A DNA stretch of 64,000 nt, taken from the NCBI GenBank assembly GCA_002633005.1, contig NMRA01000202.1, positions 620,087-684,086 on the forward strand, read 5' to 3'. Below the pieces are notes generated by a model. That model was given only the letters and a program-made list of their open reading frames with translations, did no database searches and was not told where the DNA came from. The position numbers and the translations under genes were made by a program. Positions 62,997-64,000 of the stretch are shown piece after piece. Position 1 is the first letter of the stretch, and every line of letters starts with the position of its first letter. The DNA comes from Phoronis australis (Eukaryota > Animalia > Phoronida).

Positions 62997-64000
62997 GCCC
63001 TAATAGGTGGTGACACCAGTGCAGCAAGTTTATGGTGACTGGCGCCAACGGCCGGGTGACTGAACTTCGGGCTGGGCGAGTAGATTTTCTGGCTCCGGCA
63101 CTCACCCAGCTGGCGAGCAGGATTTTTCAAGACTAAAAGCCTGGGTACATCCCTGACATCCACACTTTTCCAAGAGAGGGAAAACTACGAAGGAATGGTT
63201 GAGGAGGGTAAAAGTCTAGTTGCCGTGCGTATTGGTGTGTTTTTAGAGATCGATTCAACATCAGACAACTTGATTTTTGGTAACGTTGATAAGTCTTTTG
63301 ACCACACCACCTTTCAGGACGATGTCATGTTTTTCAAGGCACCTCGTTTTCGATCAACACGACAGCAGCGCCCCGAGTTCGTGAAATAAGTGAATACCAG
63401 AAACTAAACTGTAATGCTATTTGAACATCATCTACGCTAAACAAAGTGTTGTGGCATTCATTCTTTTAATCGTGAAAACAAAATATTCTGCAAATAGAAG
63501 ACTTTTGCACTAATGACGTTCCGCGAAGGTTCATGTAACCCGCAGTGTTTTTCCCCAAACGCTACGTCACGATATTCACTAGACCCGGTTGAGTGATTTA
63601 CGACGACGATGTTCGAATCAAAACCCGTTCTTAAAGACATTTGTCACTTTCTTACGTACTTTATATTCATATCGTCGCTATATGTTGCATTTCTAACTAA
63701 TTTGACAAAGTAATCACAGATTTAAGGAGTCGGCGTGCAACTTCCACTTTAACAAGTTCACTATGAAAATCCGAACCCCTGTAAAATATAACCACGGATA
63801 TTGCTGCCTGAATTGACCATGCCCCAATGCGCTATTTCACTGTGTTGGTTGTCAGTGATCAATTTTGACAGTGAGGGAGTGGTCCCATGTTTTAAGGTGA
63901 GCCTTGTGAATGACGAATAATCAAATCTTGTTTTTGAAATTAGTTAATTATGTTAGAAGTTCAGGGGCGGATCTACGTTTTCAGTAAGGGGGGGGGGGTT

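Noticed and set aside
1-64000. Prokaryotic or viral system, horizontally acquired operon, or U12-type introns
   Set aside because: No long intronless ORFs; all coding sequence belongs to three spliced genes with GT-AG introns, and none has the GTATCC U12 donor.

Overview
This is intron-rich animal DNA, probably from a marine invertebrate bilaterian, and not a prokaryotic locus. Three multi-exon genes can be rebuilt by hand from GT-AG junctions with consistent phases. (1) CEP131/AZI1 lies on + (starts before base 1, stop at 14930-14932, 15 exons visible). (2) A complete HID1 lies on - (ATG 42216, stop 21007-21009, 20 coding exons), tail-to-tail with CEP131. (3) An unnamed secreted C-type-lectin + LDLa + CUB gene lies on + (ATG 47482, probable stop 60766-60768), and its product is very Tyr- and Arg/Lys-rich. 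Introns and UTRs hold many non-autonomous DNA transposons (one nested insertion), minisatellites, a tRNA-like element and three single-N assembly joins. The most unusual signals are: repeated tandem copies of exon 3' ends plus their splice donor in the intron that follows (about six CEP131 introns and one HID1 intron); the cationic Tyr-rich lectin protein; three hammerhead-like motifs in +/-/+ orientation; and a perfect 20-bp palindrome between 7-bp direct repeats that resembles a transposon excision footprint. All assignments come from reading the sequence and recalled family features; no searches were run.
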